Virus record (IMG/VR): IMGVR_UViG_3300029288_000057
Location: 192,001 to 256,000 of that record
DNA from: a virus
Taxonomy: Duplodnaviria; Caudoviricetes
DNA: 64,000 nucleotides
Direction: 5' to 3' (one strand)
Shown here: positions 9,382 to 18,905 of the stretch, in pieces
How the letters are laid out: the number at the start of each line of letters is the position of its first letter
Position numbering within the stretch: position 1 is the first letter of the stretch
Program-made: the position numbers and the translations under genes
Notes under the pieces: model-generated
Told to the model about the DNA's origin: nothing
The model's database searches: none
Seen by the model: the letters and a program-made list of their open reading frames with translations, nothing else

Positions 9382-10865
9382 GCTTTTTTTATTTTTCTTG
9401 CTTTGTCATAATTAGTTGGATTTTTTCTTCTATTATATAAAACAAAAAATGGGTTTGTTATGTCTTTACGTAAAATTCTACTAAATAACTTATTTGGATG
9501 TTTTAAAAGATAAAAAATATAGTTTCTAAAAGTTTTATCAGTTGTTTCTTTTAATATTTCTGAAAGCCTTTCGTCGGTAAAGTCAGTAAAGTTAATCCTA
9601 AATCGATATGGTCCAGTTCCGTCTCCAATTGATTCTAAATATTCTTCTTCATTTTTTATTAATCCACTCTCTAAACAAAAATCATATAATTGACTTCCTG
9701 GGTAAGGGGTAATGTATCTGAACTTAAGTGCTGGATAACCAATTTTTTTAAACAAATCTATGGTTTCTTTAATTGTATTTTCATTTTCGCCTGGATATCC
9801 TAAAATTAAACCCATATCAAACGGAAATCCTATTTTAATTGTATATGATAAGATTTTTTCAATTTGTTTTGGAGTTATCTTTTTATTCATGTTTTTCAAT
9901 ATGGTTTCACTGCCACTTTCAACTCCATAGGCAATTTCTAAACACTTGTTATCTTTAGCTTTTTTAATTATTTCTTCACTTACCGTATTGATTCTTGCAT
10001 TTCCATACCATGTAATTTCTAAGTCTTTTATTTTTTCACAGAATTCAAATATATATTTTTTGTTCGAAAAAAGAAGCTCATCTTGAAATCCATATACGTC
10101 TATTCCATATTTTTCCAATAAAAATTTAATTTCTTTAACAAGATGGTCTACGCTTCTTTTTCTAACTTTGGTAAATATTTTTGAACAAAAATTACAATTA
10201 TATGGACATCCTCTCCCAGCCTCTATTTGAATTTTTTTGTGTACTACACCCTTTTTCATGTATTTCTTGGATATATAAACATCGTCAAGTTTTATGTATT
10301 GTTCCATATCAAATAATTCGTATGCTGGAAAGGGAATGGTATCTAAGTCTAAAATTGGGGGGCGTGGTGTGGTAATAAAAACTTGTGATTTATCTTTATA
10401 CGCTATCCCGTTTACTATACTTGGATTGTCAATGTTTTTTAACAAATCTACTATTGTTATTTCTCCTTCACCAATAACACAAATGTCAACATTGGTTTTT
10501 TCTAAAACCAGTTTATAACTGTGGTCGGATAGGTGACCTCCTAGAATTATTTTACAACTCAAAAATGTTTTAAGATATTCTGATATTTTTTTAACTTGAA
10601 CATATGAATAGCTGAGAGCGGTAAGTCCTATAATATCTGGTTTTAATTTTATAATTCTATCTTTTAGCTCGGTATAGTCAACGTCCTCAATTGTTAAATC
10701 TATAACAGAAACATTATAATTGTTTTGTTTTAAAACTGAAGCTATATAGCCAATGCCCAAAGGAAACGTTATATAAGTATCTTTTTTGTCTCCAGTGCTG
10801 TTTGGCCTAATAAGCAACACGTTTTTTATATTATTCTTAACCATCTTTTTTGTAATGTTTTTCAA
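9378..10865 (-). CDS. Cobalamin-dependent (class B) radical SAM enzyme (start may be 10844)
   Basis: PLGIGYIAS, ILGGH, GEGE, AGRGCPYNCNFC, GVESGS, TPYPGS. Confidence 0.9.
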   Translation of the reverse strand: MKNITKKMVKNNIKNVLLIRPNSTGDKKDTYITFPLGIGYIASVLKQNNYNVSVIDLTIEDVDYTELKDRIIKLKPDIIGLTALSYSYVQVKKISEYLKTFLSCKIILGGHLSDHSYKLVLEKTNVDICVIGEGEITIVDLLKNIDNPSIVNGIAYKDKSQVFITTPRPPILDLDTIPFPAYELFDMEQYIKLDDVYISKKYMKKGVVHKKIQIEAGRGCPYNCNFCSKIFTKVRKRSVDHLVKEIKFLLEKYGIDVYGFQDELLFSNKKYIFEFCEKIKDLEITWYGNARINTVSEEIIKKAKDNKCLEIAYGVESGSETILKNMNKKITPKQIEKILSYTIKIGFPFDMGLILGYPGENENTIKETIDLFKKIGYPALKFRYITPYPGSQLYDFCLESGLIKNEEEYLESIGDGTGPYRFRINFTDFTDERLSEILKETTDKTFRNYIFYLLKHPNKLFSRILRKDITNPFFVLYNRRKNPTNYDKARKIKKA

Positions 10866-11373
10866 TAAATTCTTCTAATTCTGGAGAATTTAAGAGTTCT
10901 TGGTTTTCTATTATTTTATCTATAGGCCAATCCCACCATTTTATTTCTAAAAGCTTTTTGATTGAATTTTCGTCAAATCTTTTTGCTACAAGTTCTGCTG
11001 GATTTCCACGAACAACAGAATATGGGCGAACAGTTTTTGTGACATGTGAATTTGCTGCTATTATTGCTCCATCACCAACCTTAATTCCACTCATTATGGT
11101 TACCCCCTGTCCAATCCATACGTCATTTCCTATAATTACATTTCCTCTTGTTGTTCCTTTTTCTATTGTTTTCTTTTTAAAGGTGTGTTCACACACATGA
11201 CCAAATGGATAAGTAGAAATGTTATTTAAATCATGTAGCCCATTTCCAAAGAAAACAATTACATCTCGCCCTATACCACAAAACTTGCCTATATGCAATT
11301 CGACATCTTGATGGAAATCTGCAAAAACCTCTGTTATGTTTTGATGTCCGTATGTAAATTTTCCTACTTTCAT
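10837..11373 (-). CDS. CatB/Vat-like hexapeptide-repeat O-acetyltransferase
   Basis: IGKFC, STYPF, IGNDVWIG, IKVGDGAIIAA, KWWDW. Confidence 0.9.
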   Translation of the reverse strand: MKVGKFTYGHQNITEVFADFHQDVELHIGKFCGIGRDVIVFFGNGLHDLNNISTYPFGHVCEHTFKKKTIEKGTTRGNVIIGNDVWIGQGVTIMSGIKVGDGAIIAANSHVTKTVRPYSVVRGNPAELVAKRFDENSIKKLLEIKWWDWPIDKIIENQELLNSPELEEFIEKHYKKDG

Positions 11374-13040
11374 TTTACCAACTCTTGTATTTTATTTTTT
11401 AAGAATTCTTTGTAGTCCCAAAACCTTTTACTTTTTTCAAAATTTTCCTCAACAAAAGCCTTTTTTTCATTATAAGTGTTTTCTGTTAAACTATTACACA
11501 CATTTATTATTTCTTCCAAACTATTAACAATATACATTCCTTCTGTATTAAAATATTCTCCAATGCCAGTGCACCCATAGTATATTGGAATTGTTTTTGT
11601 TTTAAAACAATCAATAAGTTTTTCAGTGAAATAATATTTATTTCTCATGTTTTCTATTGCTATGTGAAATTGACTATCAAATAAAGCATTTTTTTCATCT
11701 CCCAATGTTTTCGTATCTTCTAAGTTTAATACATCTCCAGAATAGTTACCACTTACAAAAAAACTTTTGGGGATTTCTATTTGGCCTTGTTTTTCCCACA
11801 GTTCCTGTCTCATCACATGTGCGCTCGTTATCTTCTTACCGCCAACTATGGTAGAAACTTGAAATTTCTTTTCAGGATAAATGTATGGGGTTTTTATCCA
11901 CGTTGTTCCGTATTCAAAAAGGTGAGCATTGTTGCATTTTTCTAAAACAGTTTCATCAAAAGTAAGTATATAATCAAAAGATTGATGGTTTTCAATAGCT
12001 TTTTCAATAACATTTGGTATTATTGCAGATGATTCTATGATTAGCAGAATTTTTACAGCATCTTCACTTCTATTGTCAAACCCATTCATATCCACAAATA
12101 ACTCTATTTGTTTTTCGTGTGTAAATTGAAAGTCAAAGGCAAATGGACAAAAAACTCTAATGTCTTTCATTATTTGACTTTTTATTTTTTCATAATCGTT
12201 TTTGTCATATTCTATTTCAACATCCTTGTTATAGAACAACTTCATATATAACGCAAATCTACCTTTTGCCCAATCTACATATGTGGCAGGAACACTTCCT
12301 TGTCCGTTTTTATAAAAATTCATTCCAGACCCTACTCCAGCAAAATGTATTATGTTATCTCCAAAATCCATTATCTTGTTTAGTTCGCCGTACTTATTAA
12401 GAAAACTTGCATCTTCATTTGGAGAACCGAATTTTTCATAATCTAAATGATATATTTTCCCACCATTTTTTAAAATATCAAATGATATTGGGTCAAAAAA
12501 ATCAATACAGGGAAATCCAATCGGATTGTAATATCCAACAACCATTCTGTGAATAGTGTCAAAATCAAAAGGTGATACCTTTTGGTTGTTATATCCAAAA
12601 AAATATGTACCAACAACATCAGAAATGCTGTCATATTCTCCATTTTTATTAGCCACATTCTTTTTGTATAATCTTCGAGGACCTATTAAGTCAAACCCTT
12701 CGTCAAATTTGTTTAATATATAGCTTAAGCATTCTGAACGAAATATGGTATCGCTGTCAAAATGTATTATTTGATTATAATCTCCATATTCCCCCTTTAA
12801 AACTTTTGTGAAAATATATGCCGTCCCCAGGTGCCCTTGGTTTTTATACATATTTAAAAGCACATCATCACCAGAAAAATCTATATATTCTATGTTTTTA
12901 AATTTACCAAGCTCTTTAAAGTCTTTATGTGTTCCAGCCACGTGAACAATTGTGTCTGGATGATATTTAAAAAAGCTTTCGAGACACTTTTTTCCAATAA
13001 GACCACAATTGTATATTTCTGTATAAATGATAGTTTTCAT
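11370..13040 (-). CDS. Two-domain glycosyltransferase: N-terminal GT-A-like plus C-terminal GT10-like domain
   Basis: IIHFDSD (DxD) in N-half; FHIAIEN, YFTEKLIDCF, TIPIYYG (GT10 motif) in C-half. Confidence 0.75.
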   Translation of the reverse strand: MKTIIYTEIYNCGLIGKKCLESFFKYHPDTIVHVAGTHKDFKELGKFKNIEYIDFSGDDVLLNMYKNQGHLGTAYIFTKVLKGEYGDYNQIIHFDSDTIFRSECLSYILNKFDEGFDLIGPRRLYKKNVANKNGEYDSISDVVGTYFFGYNNQKVSPFDFDTIHRMVVGYYNPIGFPCIDFFDPISFDILKNGGKIYHLDYEKFGSPNEDASFLNKYGELNKIMDFGDNIIHFAGVGSGMNFYKNGQGSVPATYVDWAKGRFALYMKLFYNKDVEIEYDKNDYEKIKSQIMKDIRVFCPFAFDFQFTHEKQIELFVDMNGFDNRSEDAVKILLIIESSAIIPNVIEKAIENHQSFDYILTFDETVLEKCNNAHLFEYGTTWIKTPYIYPEKKFQVSTIVGGKKITSAHVMRQELWEKQGQIEIPKSFFVSGNYSGDVLNLEDTKTLGDEKNALFDSQFHIAIENMRNKYYFTEKLIDCFKTKTIPIYYGCTGIGEYFNTEGMYIVNSLEEIINVCNSLTENTYNEKKAFVEENFEKSKRFWDYKEFLKNKIQELVK

Positions 13041-13043
13041 TCG

Positions 13044-13721
13044 CTATTTTTTTAAATACTTCTTTATTGTTTCTGTTATATAATCTTCACCCTCATTTCT
13101 ACTGGCAATTGCTAAAAACTCGTTGTTATCTATCTTATAATCACATCCTCCAGGAACAATTGTTTTATCTACCTCAATGTTTAAAACAGATTCAATTTTT
13201 TTGACAAATTCCAATACACTCATTTTATTGTTAAAACACACATTCATTATTTTATTTGTCTGTGCATCATTTTCTATGATGTTGGGTAGAATATTTGTTA
13301 AATCATCTACATCCATGATATAGCGCACTGCACTTTTTTGAATTTGTATGATGCCTTTTTTTGTTATTTTATTCACAAAATAATTAAATGACGTGTTTTG
13401 ATTATCCGTTTCTCCAATTATATTTGGAAGTCTGAAAATTAAATAATTTTTAAAATTGTTTTTAATGTACTCTTCTGTTTTAATTTTATGCTTTACATAT
13501 TCTGAATTTACCAGAGTTTTGTCAAATATACTACATGTACTAAAATAAACCAATTTTTTATCAAATTCTTTTTCATAAAGCTGCAGCAATTTCAACTCTT
13601 TTCCAAATTGATTTTTGTCTGTTTCTTTTGAGTTTGACACTCCTGATGCAAAAAGTATTATATCTATATAATTCTTATATTTTCCGAATGCCTTCGCTAT
13701 CATCCCACTTCCTACTACCAT
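13044..13721 (-). CDS. Short NAD-dependent epimerase/dehydratase-like protein
   Basis: MVVGSGMIAKAF, FASGVSNS, YFSTCS, YVKHK (YxxxK). Confidence 0.75.
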   Translation of the reverse strand: MVVGSGMIAKAFGKYKNYIDIILFASGVSNSKETDKNQFGKELKLLQLYEKEFDKKLVYFSTCSIFDKTLVNSEYVKHKIKTEEYIKNNFKNYLIFRLPNIIGETDNQNTSFNYFVNKITKKGIIQIQKSAVRYIMDVDDLTNILPNIIENDAQTNKIMNVCFNNKMSVLEFVKKIESVLNIEVDKTIVPGGCDYKIDNNEFLAIASRNEGEDYITETIKKYLKK

Positions 13722-13723
13722 GA

Positions 13724-14467
13724 TTAATATAATTTTTCTATTCTTTGATACTTTTGTTTTGCTCTCACAACTACTTCGACTTCTCTTTGTCTTGGAGCAT
13801 TCGTGTTTCCATCACTATTTTGGTTGGCAACATTATAAACATATAATATTTCTGGAATATATCTTGACCTTTCTGCAGACATTTCAAGCATGGGAAATTG
13901 AAAACTTAGGTCTCCAGCAGTATCCAACCAACGCCCATCATCAAATTTAAAATCCTTTTCATTTATTAACAAAAAAAGCTCTCTTCGATATGTTCTTAGG
14001 TGAGAACCAAGCCATTGATGCTCTCTGAATGCATTTTTTGATATTACACTGTCTGGATATGCATGATAAATATGAGACACGCTTCTATATGGAAATTCAC
14101 AATATGTGCCATATGTCATATATACATCCCCAGAATTATATACATCATTAAGTTTGCTAAGAATCTTGCCGCCATTTAAATAATCATCCCCATCTAGGCT
14201 AACGCAAATTGTATTCGGCTTTGAAAGCTGTGTTAACCACAACATATTGGCTATTTGTGGCAAACGGACTTCATTTTGATAAACGCTTAAAATAGGATAT
14301 TCCTCAGAATATTTTTTAGCAATCTCAAATGTCTTATCCGTTGATTTTGCATCAACAAGAATTACTTCATAATTTTTATATTTTTGAGTTACTGCTGTGA
14401 TTAAACACTGTTCAATCCACTCTTCTTGATTGCATGCGTCTATAATTATAGTAAAATGATTTTCCAT
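13724..14467 (-). CDS. GT2 family glycosyltransferase
   Basis: VDAKSTD, SLDGDD, SHLRTYR, YVYN; paralog of 15332..16123. Confidence 0.85.
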   Translation of the reverse strand: MENHFTIIIDACNQEEWIEQCLITAVTQKYKNYEVILVDAKSTDKTFEIAKKYSEEYPILSVYQNEVRLPQIANMLWLTQLSKPNTICVSLDGDDYLNGGKILSKLNDVYNSGDVYMTYGTYCEFPYRSVSHIYHAYPDSVISKNAFREHQWLGSHLRTYRRELFLLINEKDFKFDDGRWLDTAGDLSFQFPMLEMSAERSRYIPEILYVYNVANQNSDGNTNAPRQREVEVVVRAKQKYQRIEKLY

Positions 14468-14472
14468 GTTTA

Positions 14473-15339
14473 TTATAAAAAGGTTTTTATATGTGCGCTT
14501 TTTTGTTTTATTATTTCTTCTTTCTTTTCCTTTGAGAGTAGTTTAAAATCCTCATAAATTTTCTTCATTTCATTTATAAATGGATTACTAAAATAAGTTG
14601 GGGGATGGTACAAGTGGAAAACATCAATGGGAGGGTGTTCGCTTGTACACATTTTGTCTATTGTGTTTATTTTTTCCCAGAAATATGAATCTTCTGGAGA
14701 ATTTGCCAAAAACAAGTCTGCATCATATCCACCCACATCAAAAAGAAGCCCCCTTTCAACCAATATGGAGCCCCCTGGTGCCCCAAGCATTACTTTGCCT
14801 CCCAATCTTGGCAAATCTACTCCCTTAAGGTCTAAATTTAAGTCATCTATGTTTATCCTGCCTTGGACAATTTCTTTTGTTAGGTCAATATCGCAATATA
14901 AAGCACGCCTTTGTTGAAAACACTGTAGTGCTTTACATTTTTGATTGGTGATATTCAGTGCGATTTTTTGAAAAAAGTCCGATTGTATGACACAATCAAT
15001 ATCATGAAAAATAATGTATTTTGATATATTTGAATATAATGCCCCCATGTTATATGCCAAACATTTATTAAACAAATCACCTTCTTCACACTTAACCCAA
15101 ATATAATTAATCTTATTGTCCTTACAAAATTTAGAATGTTCAGTTATGTGCGAATGTTCTATTACTGTGTATATAATGTTGAGCGGGGAGTTTTCTTTAG
15201 CTTTTAAAAAACTATTATACATTGGCGCCGCAAACTCTTTCCTCCCACGAACTGGAATAAGAAAATTAATATCAACTAATTCTTCTGGCTGCTGTATAAT
15301 AATTATACTATCTTCTTTTATGTCTTTATAATTAATCAT
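14473..15339 (-). CDS. GT7/GT2-like (galactosyltransferase-type) glycosyltransferase
   Basis: FLIPVRGR, FNKCLAYN, FHDID, GGYD, ED, HLYH. Confidence 0.75.
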   Translation of the reverse strand: MINYKDIKEDSIIIIQQPEELVDINFLIPVRGRKEFAAPMYNSFLKAKENSPLNIIYTVIEHSHITEHSKFCKDNKINYIWVKCEEGDLFNKCLAYNMGALYSNISKYIIFHDIDCVIQSDFFQKIALNITNQKCKALQCFQQRRALYCDIDLTKEIVQGRINIDDLNLDLKGVDLPRLGGKVMLGAPGGSILVERGLLFDVGGYDADLFLANSPEDSYFWEKINTIDKMCTSEHPPIDVFHLYHPPTYFSNPFINEMKKIYEDFKLLSKEKKEEIIKQKSAHIKTFL

Positions 15340-16123
15340 ATTTTTCTATCTTTTTAAAACTTGACTTTTTGCTTATCTCATTGTGTATGTCCCACTGTAG
15401 CTGTTGGTTTACCTTGTCGTCGCTGATTGGGTTGTCTCTGTTATATATATACAACACTTTATCAATAAATTTTATTCTTTTCAAACCAGCCATCTCCATT
15501 ATTGGAAATAATATGGCAACATCATAGGTCATTTTATAAAAATTTCCATCTTTGTCTTTTAAACAAGAAAATTCAGGGTCTTGCTCTTTTATTTTTTGAT
15601 AAAGGCCTGCTCTAAAGGTTCTTATGTGAGAAACTCTAAATGGCGCCTTTCTCAAATTGTCAAATTCTATTTGTGTATACTCTGAGGCAAACCCCATTCT
15701 CCCATCAGTCCAAGATGCTTGTCCATATGTTATCCAACAATCATTTCTGCAATAAACTTCGTTTATATAACTAATTACATTTTTGTTCGGCAACCAGTCA
15801 TCCCCATCCAAAAGCACGACTATTTCATGTGGTTCACAATGCTCCATTATTGCTTTGTGAATATTGGGTAATGCCGTTGTGTTTTCTTCATTTCTTATAC
15901 AAATTGCTTTTGGATTATCATGTGGCAATAAGTCCCAGGAATTATCAGTAGAGGCATCATCGATAAAAATGACCTTATAATTATCATATTTTTGCGTTAA
16001 TGCCGAATTTGCACATCTTTCTATAAAGGTAGATGCGTTATAAAACGGAACTATTATTTTAAAATAATGTTCATCGAGTTCCACGCTCGATGGCGCTGGT
16101 GATATAAAAAAAGGTGGTAACAT
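15332..16123 (-). CDS. GT2 family glycosyltransferase
   Basis: IIVPFYNA, IDDASTD, LLDGDD, SHIRTFR, YIYN. Confidence 0.85.
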   Translation of the reverse strand: MLPPFFISPAPSSVELDEHYFKIIVPFYNASTFIERCANSALTQKYDNYKVIFIDDASTDNSWDLLPHDNPKAICIRNEENTTALPNIHKAIMEHCEPHEIVVLLDGDDWLPNKNVISYINEVYCRNDCWITYGQASWTDGRMGFASEYTQIEFDNLRKAPFRVSHIRTFRAGLYQKIKEQDPEFSCLKDKDGNFYKMTYDVAILFPIMEMAGLKRIKFIDKVLYIYNRDNPISDDKVNQQLQWDIHNEISKKSSFKKIEKYD

Positions 16124-16125
16124 AA

Positions 16126-16926
16126 TTATATTTTTTTAAATTTAAATTCTATTTCTTGGTGGCATCCTATAATGCTTGAGAAATCCATTCTCTCAAAATC
16201 TATAACTTCTCCATTAAGATATTTATCGTTTAATTCTTTTGTTGTAAAACCATATTTTTCTCCATTTCTGTTTGGATATGTTATATTTACCATGTTGTTT
16301 GGAGAGTTAATTAAAACACTAGTCTTATAAGCTACCATAATTTCTTTTGGGTAACTATCAAATACTTGCAGTGCAGCTTCCAGAACATTTGGATTGTTGA
16401 AACTCGTGGCTTTAATCAGTTTCTTAATTTCTTTTGTCCTAAAAATATGGCCGTCAACAGAAAGGGGATATCCAAAATCAGCATAGCTTTTCGACCAGTT
16501 CCACCAAATAAATTTTTCATCTCTCTTGTTTGTAATAAGAACATTGTCGCATTTCATAGTGTAACAATGAGTTATGTTTGTTCCAAGTCTAAGACTGAAG
16601 CAAAAAATGTCATCATCATTTAAACACTCATCAATGTCATCTTCATATACATTATTGTATATTATGTCATCATCGGTAAAAAAACAAGTTTTGTTCAACG
16701 TGGAATTTAACAATTCAACAGTTTGTTCTTTAAAATTTACTTCTTCAACATAATTGACACTTTTAAATCTTTCCTTTATTAAATCATATGCCTTCTTAAA
16801 TTCCTCATCAGAACATTTATATAAAACATTAATGTTGAATATTCCTTGTGCGTTTTTCTCAATTGATTCTAACAAAAGATGTAATTGTGCGGGGCGGTCA
16901 AAACTAAAAACTATTGCATTTATCAT
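16126..16926 (-). CDS. Putative GT-A fold glycosyltransferase, first gene of glycan operon
   Basis: FSFDRPAQLHLLLES, FFTDDDI (DxD-like), YPLSVDGHIF; position in operon. Confidence 0.55.
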   Translation of the reverse strand: MINAIVFSFDRPAQLHLLLESIEKNAQGIFNINVLYKCSDEEFKKAYDLIKERFKSVNYVEEVNFKEQTVELLNSTLNKTCFFTDDDIIYNNVYEDDIDECLNDDDIFCFSLRLGTNITHCYTMKCDNVLITNKRDEKFIWWNWSKSYADFGYPLSVDGHIFRTKEIKKLIKATSFNNPNVLEAALQVFDSYPKEIMVAYKTSVLINSPNNMVNITYPNRNGEKYGFTTKELNDKYLNGEVIDFERMDFSSIIGCHQEIEFKFKKI

Positions 16927-16952
16927 TATTCTAATTTTTTTCTCTATTTATT

Positions 16953-16984
16953 GAAAGATAATAAAAAAAAAAGAAATTTTCAAA
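16953..16984 (-). promoter_or_regulatory. Putative Bacteroidota-type sigma70 promoter heading the glycan operon
   Basis: Minus strand TTTG-N20-TATCTTTC; back-to-back with a plus-strand TATTTAT at 16985-16991. Confidence 0.5.
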
Positions 16985-17013
16985 TATTTATTAAAAAATA
17001 ACCCATAAGAATT

Positions 17014-17436
17014 ATGAAAAAAATTAGCCAAAAGGAAATTGTACAAGCTATCATAACTGAAGCTTTAACTATTAAAAGAAAAAAACAGCTATTTGAAGAA
17101 GCTAAAAAAATAAATAGCGAGCTTAAACAATTAAACGAATATGGTCATCCAGGCGTAATGGCTGGGTTTGGTTTTAAGGATTATCAAGGTCCTAGTCCAG
17201 TTTTGGGATTGGTGACACCTTCAAATTATGAAGAACAAAAACCAGAAGGAGAAGATTGTGGATGCAAGCTTGACCAATTTCCAAAATTAGAAAAAGATAT
17301 TGATAGCTTTGGCACAGAAGATGGCGTCGTTGGTGACGATACAGCAGCAGTAAATGATGTACAGGCAATAAAAGACGAAATTGAAGATATAAAGGCTAAA
17401 TTAACTCAACTGGGAGACTCACTCGGTTCGCTTTAA
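17014..17436 (+). CDS. Acidic putative internal head/core protein with shared N-terminal leader
   Basis: Leader EIVQAIITE...KQLFEEAKKINSELKQLNE; TATTTAT upstream. Confidence 0.5.
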   Translation: MKKISQKEIVQAIITEALTIKRKKQLFEEAKKINSELKQLNEYGHPGVMAGFGFKDYQGPSPVLGLVTPSNYEEQKPEGEDCGCKLDQFPKLEKDIDSFGTEDGVVGDDTAAVNDVQAIKDEIEDIKAKLTQLGDSLGSL

Positions 17437-17494
17437 TAAAAAATAATAATTTCATTTTTTTTTACTATTTATAAAAAACTTAAAACTTAAAGTT

Positions 17495-18250
17495 ATGGCA
17501 AAAATAAGAATTACCGAAGAAGAACTTATTCAAATGATAAATGAAGAATACTTCAAAAAGATTACTGAAATTAAGCTAAAGAATAGGCTTAAAAAAATTA
17601 ATGAAGAAATTCAGCAAATTACTGAAGAAAACATTGATGAAGTTGAGGCGGGTGGAAAGAGCGCAGTTCGTTCTACGGCTTGGACTGGTGAAAAAGGCGG
17701 TGATAAAAAATGGGCACCAAAATTTCAAAAAAAAGGTAGCCACTTAGTTGAGGATAGTGAAGTAGAAGATGAGGTTGTTATAGACGATAATATGCCAAGT
17801 GATGAATTGCCAGGTGAAGGATTACCAGGAGAAGAATTACCAGGAGAAGAGGCCTTAGAAGGTGATTTAGACATTGAAGCTATCCTTGCAAAGTTAGCAG
17901 ATGCTATTGAGGATAAGATTGAAACTGTTGTTGACGAAAAAATGGGTGGTGAAACATCTGAGGAAGTTCCTTCAGAAGAAGTTCCATCCGAAGAAATACC
18001 TTCAGAAGAAGTTCCATCCGAAGAAATGGATGAAAAGAAAACTCCATGTGCAGAAGGATGTCCAGAAGAAGAAGGCATTGTAAAAGAACAGGACGGAACA
18101 AGCGTTGCACAAGAACAAACTCCAAAAGAAGCGGTACCTTTTGATAATGGTAAAGCAGATATTCCAAAAACAGACCAACTTGTTAGTGAGGGTACAAAGA
18201 AAAGAATGCAAATTCTTTCTGGAATCAGAAAAAATGATTTTAATGACTAA
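17495..18250 (+). CDS. Very acidic putative prohead core/scaffold-like protein
   Basis: Leader ELIQMINEE...KKINEEIQQITEE; LPGEE and (V/I)PSEE repeats; C-terminal KKRMQILSGI resembles the scaffold end KRRKVLAGI. Confidence 0.55.
   Translation: MAKIRITEEELIQMINEEYFKKITEIKLKNRLKKINEEIQQITEENIDEVEAGGKSAVRSTAWTGEKGGDKKWAPKFQKKGSHLVEDSEVEDEVVIDDNMPSDELPGEGLPGEELPGEEALEGDLDIEAILAKLADAIEDKIETVVDEKMGGETSEEVPSEEVPSEEIPSEEVPSEEMDEKKTPCAEGCPEEEGIVKEQDGTSVAQEQTPKEAVPFDNGKADIPKTDQLVSEGTKKRMQILSGIRKNDFND
17959..18025 (+). repeat. In-frame 15-nt tandem repeat encoding (V/I)PSEE
   Basis: gaagttccttcagaa / gaagttccatccgaa units, about 4 copies; a related LPGEE repeat lies near 17800-17850. Confidence 0.8.
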
Positions 18251-18280
18251 TTAAAAACATAAGGAAATAAAGAGCCTGCC

Positions 18281-18311
18281 AAAAAACGCTATAGTAATAT
18301 AGCGTTTTTTT
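18281..18311. terminator. Bidirectional intrinsic terminator
   Basis: aaaaaacgctat-agta-atagcgtttttt between convergent genes. Confidence 0.75.
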
Positions 18312-18699
18312 GTTTTAATAATAACTCATTTAATTTTTCATCACCTAAAATTATTAATAACTCTTTAAAAGTATCATATGATTTATATTTAGGTTTAAAT
18401 TGTTGGTTTTCTTTGTTTGTCACCCATGTTAAATTTTCAGCCCTGTTATCAATTCGATTGTGGTTTATGTGGTGAACTTGCATTTCATTATCCATATTTT
18501 CAATAGGGTTGAAGGTTTTCAAAACTAATCTGTGTACAAAAAAAGCATATGTTTTACCATTATAATTAAACGTCTTTTTCCTATATCCTTTATAATTAAA
18601 AGTTTTTAAAATCCTACCAGTTTTATTATTTTTTAAATTACCCATGTTTGAAACCGAATAGTTATTGCCTAATAACTCTATATTTTTCCATATTTCCAT
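18289..18699 (-). CDS. HNH homing endonuclease with NUMOD4-type N-terminus
   Basis: MEIWKNI...YSVSNMG (NUMOD4); VHRLV...QVHHINHNRIDNRAENLTWVT...N (HNH). Confidence 0.88.
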   Translation of the reverse strand: MEIWKNIELLGNNYSVSNMGNLKNNKTGRILKTFNYKGYRKKTFNYNGKTYAFFVHRLVLKTFNPIENMDNEMQVHHINHNRIDNRAENLTWVTNKENQQFKPKYKSYDTFKELLIILGDEKLNELLLKQKNAILL

Positions 18700-18700
18700 A

Positions 18701-18871
18701 TTAATAATTTTCCTTTAAAAGCTCTCTTCCGTCTTCTGTTATAACTTTGCTTTCTTCTCTTTCCATTAAACCATCCTGTTTGGTAGAAATTTTCTTGGGT
18801 TTTTTAGCAGTTTCAATCACTTTTTGTGGGTCTATTAAACCACTTCCTCTTTTTGTTTCTTTGTTTTCCAT
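18701..18871 (-). CDS. Small hypothetical protein (56 aa), not in ORF track
   Basis: MENKETKRGSGLIDPQKVIETAKKPKKISTKQDGLMEREESKVITEDGRELLKENY; own TATTTAT motif at 18896-18902 (-). Confidence 0.65.
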   Translation of the reverse strand: MENKETKRGSGLIDPQKVIETAKKPKKISTKQDGLMEREESKVITEDGRELLKENY

Positions 18872-18905
18872 AAAATTTTAATTTTGATGTTTCTTATAAA
18901 TAGTC

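Noticed and set aside
10837-11373. Chloramphenicol/streptogramin resistance gene
   Set aside because: CatB/Vat-like fold, but embedded in a sugar operon where O-acetylation of the glycan is more plausible
1-16926. Host chromosomal LPS/capsule locus flanking a prophage
   Set aside because: No integrase, att site, wzx/wzy/wza or ABC exporter; same AT content and gene packing as the phage part; cannot be fully excluded without the flanking sequence
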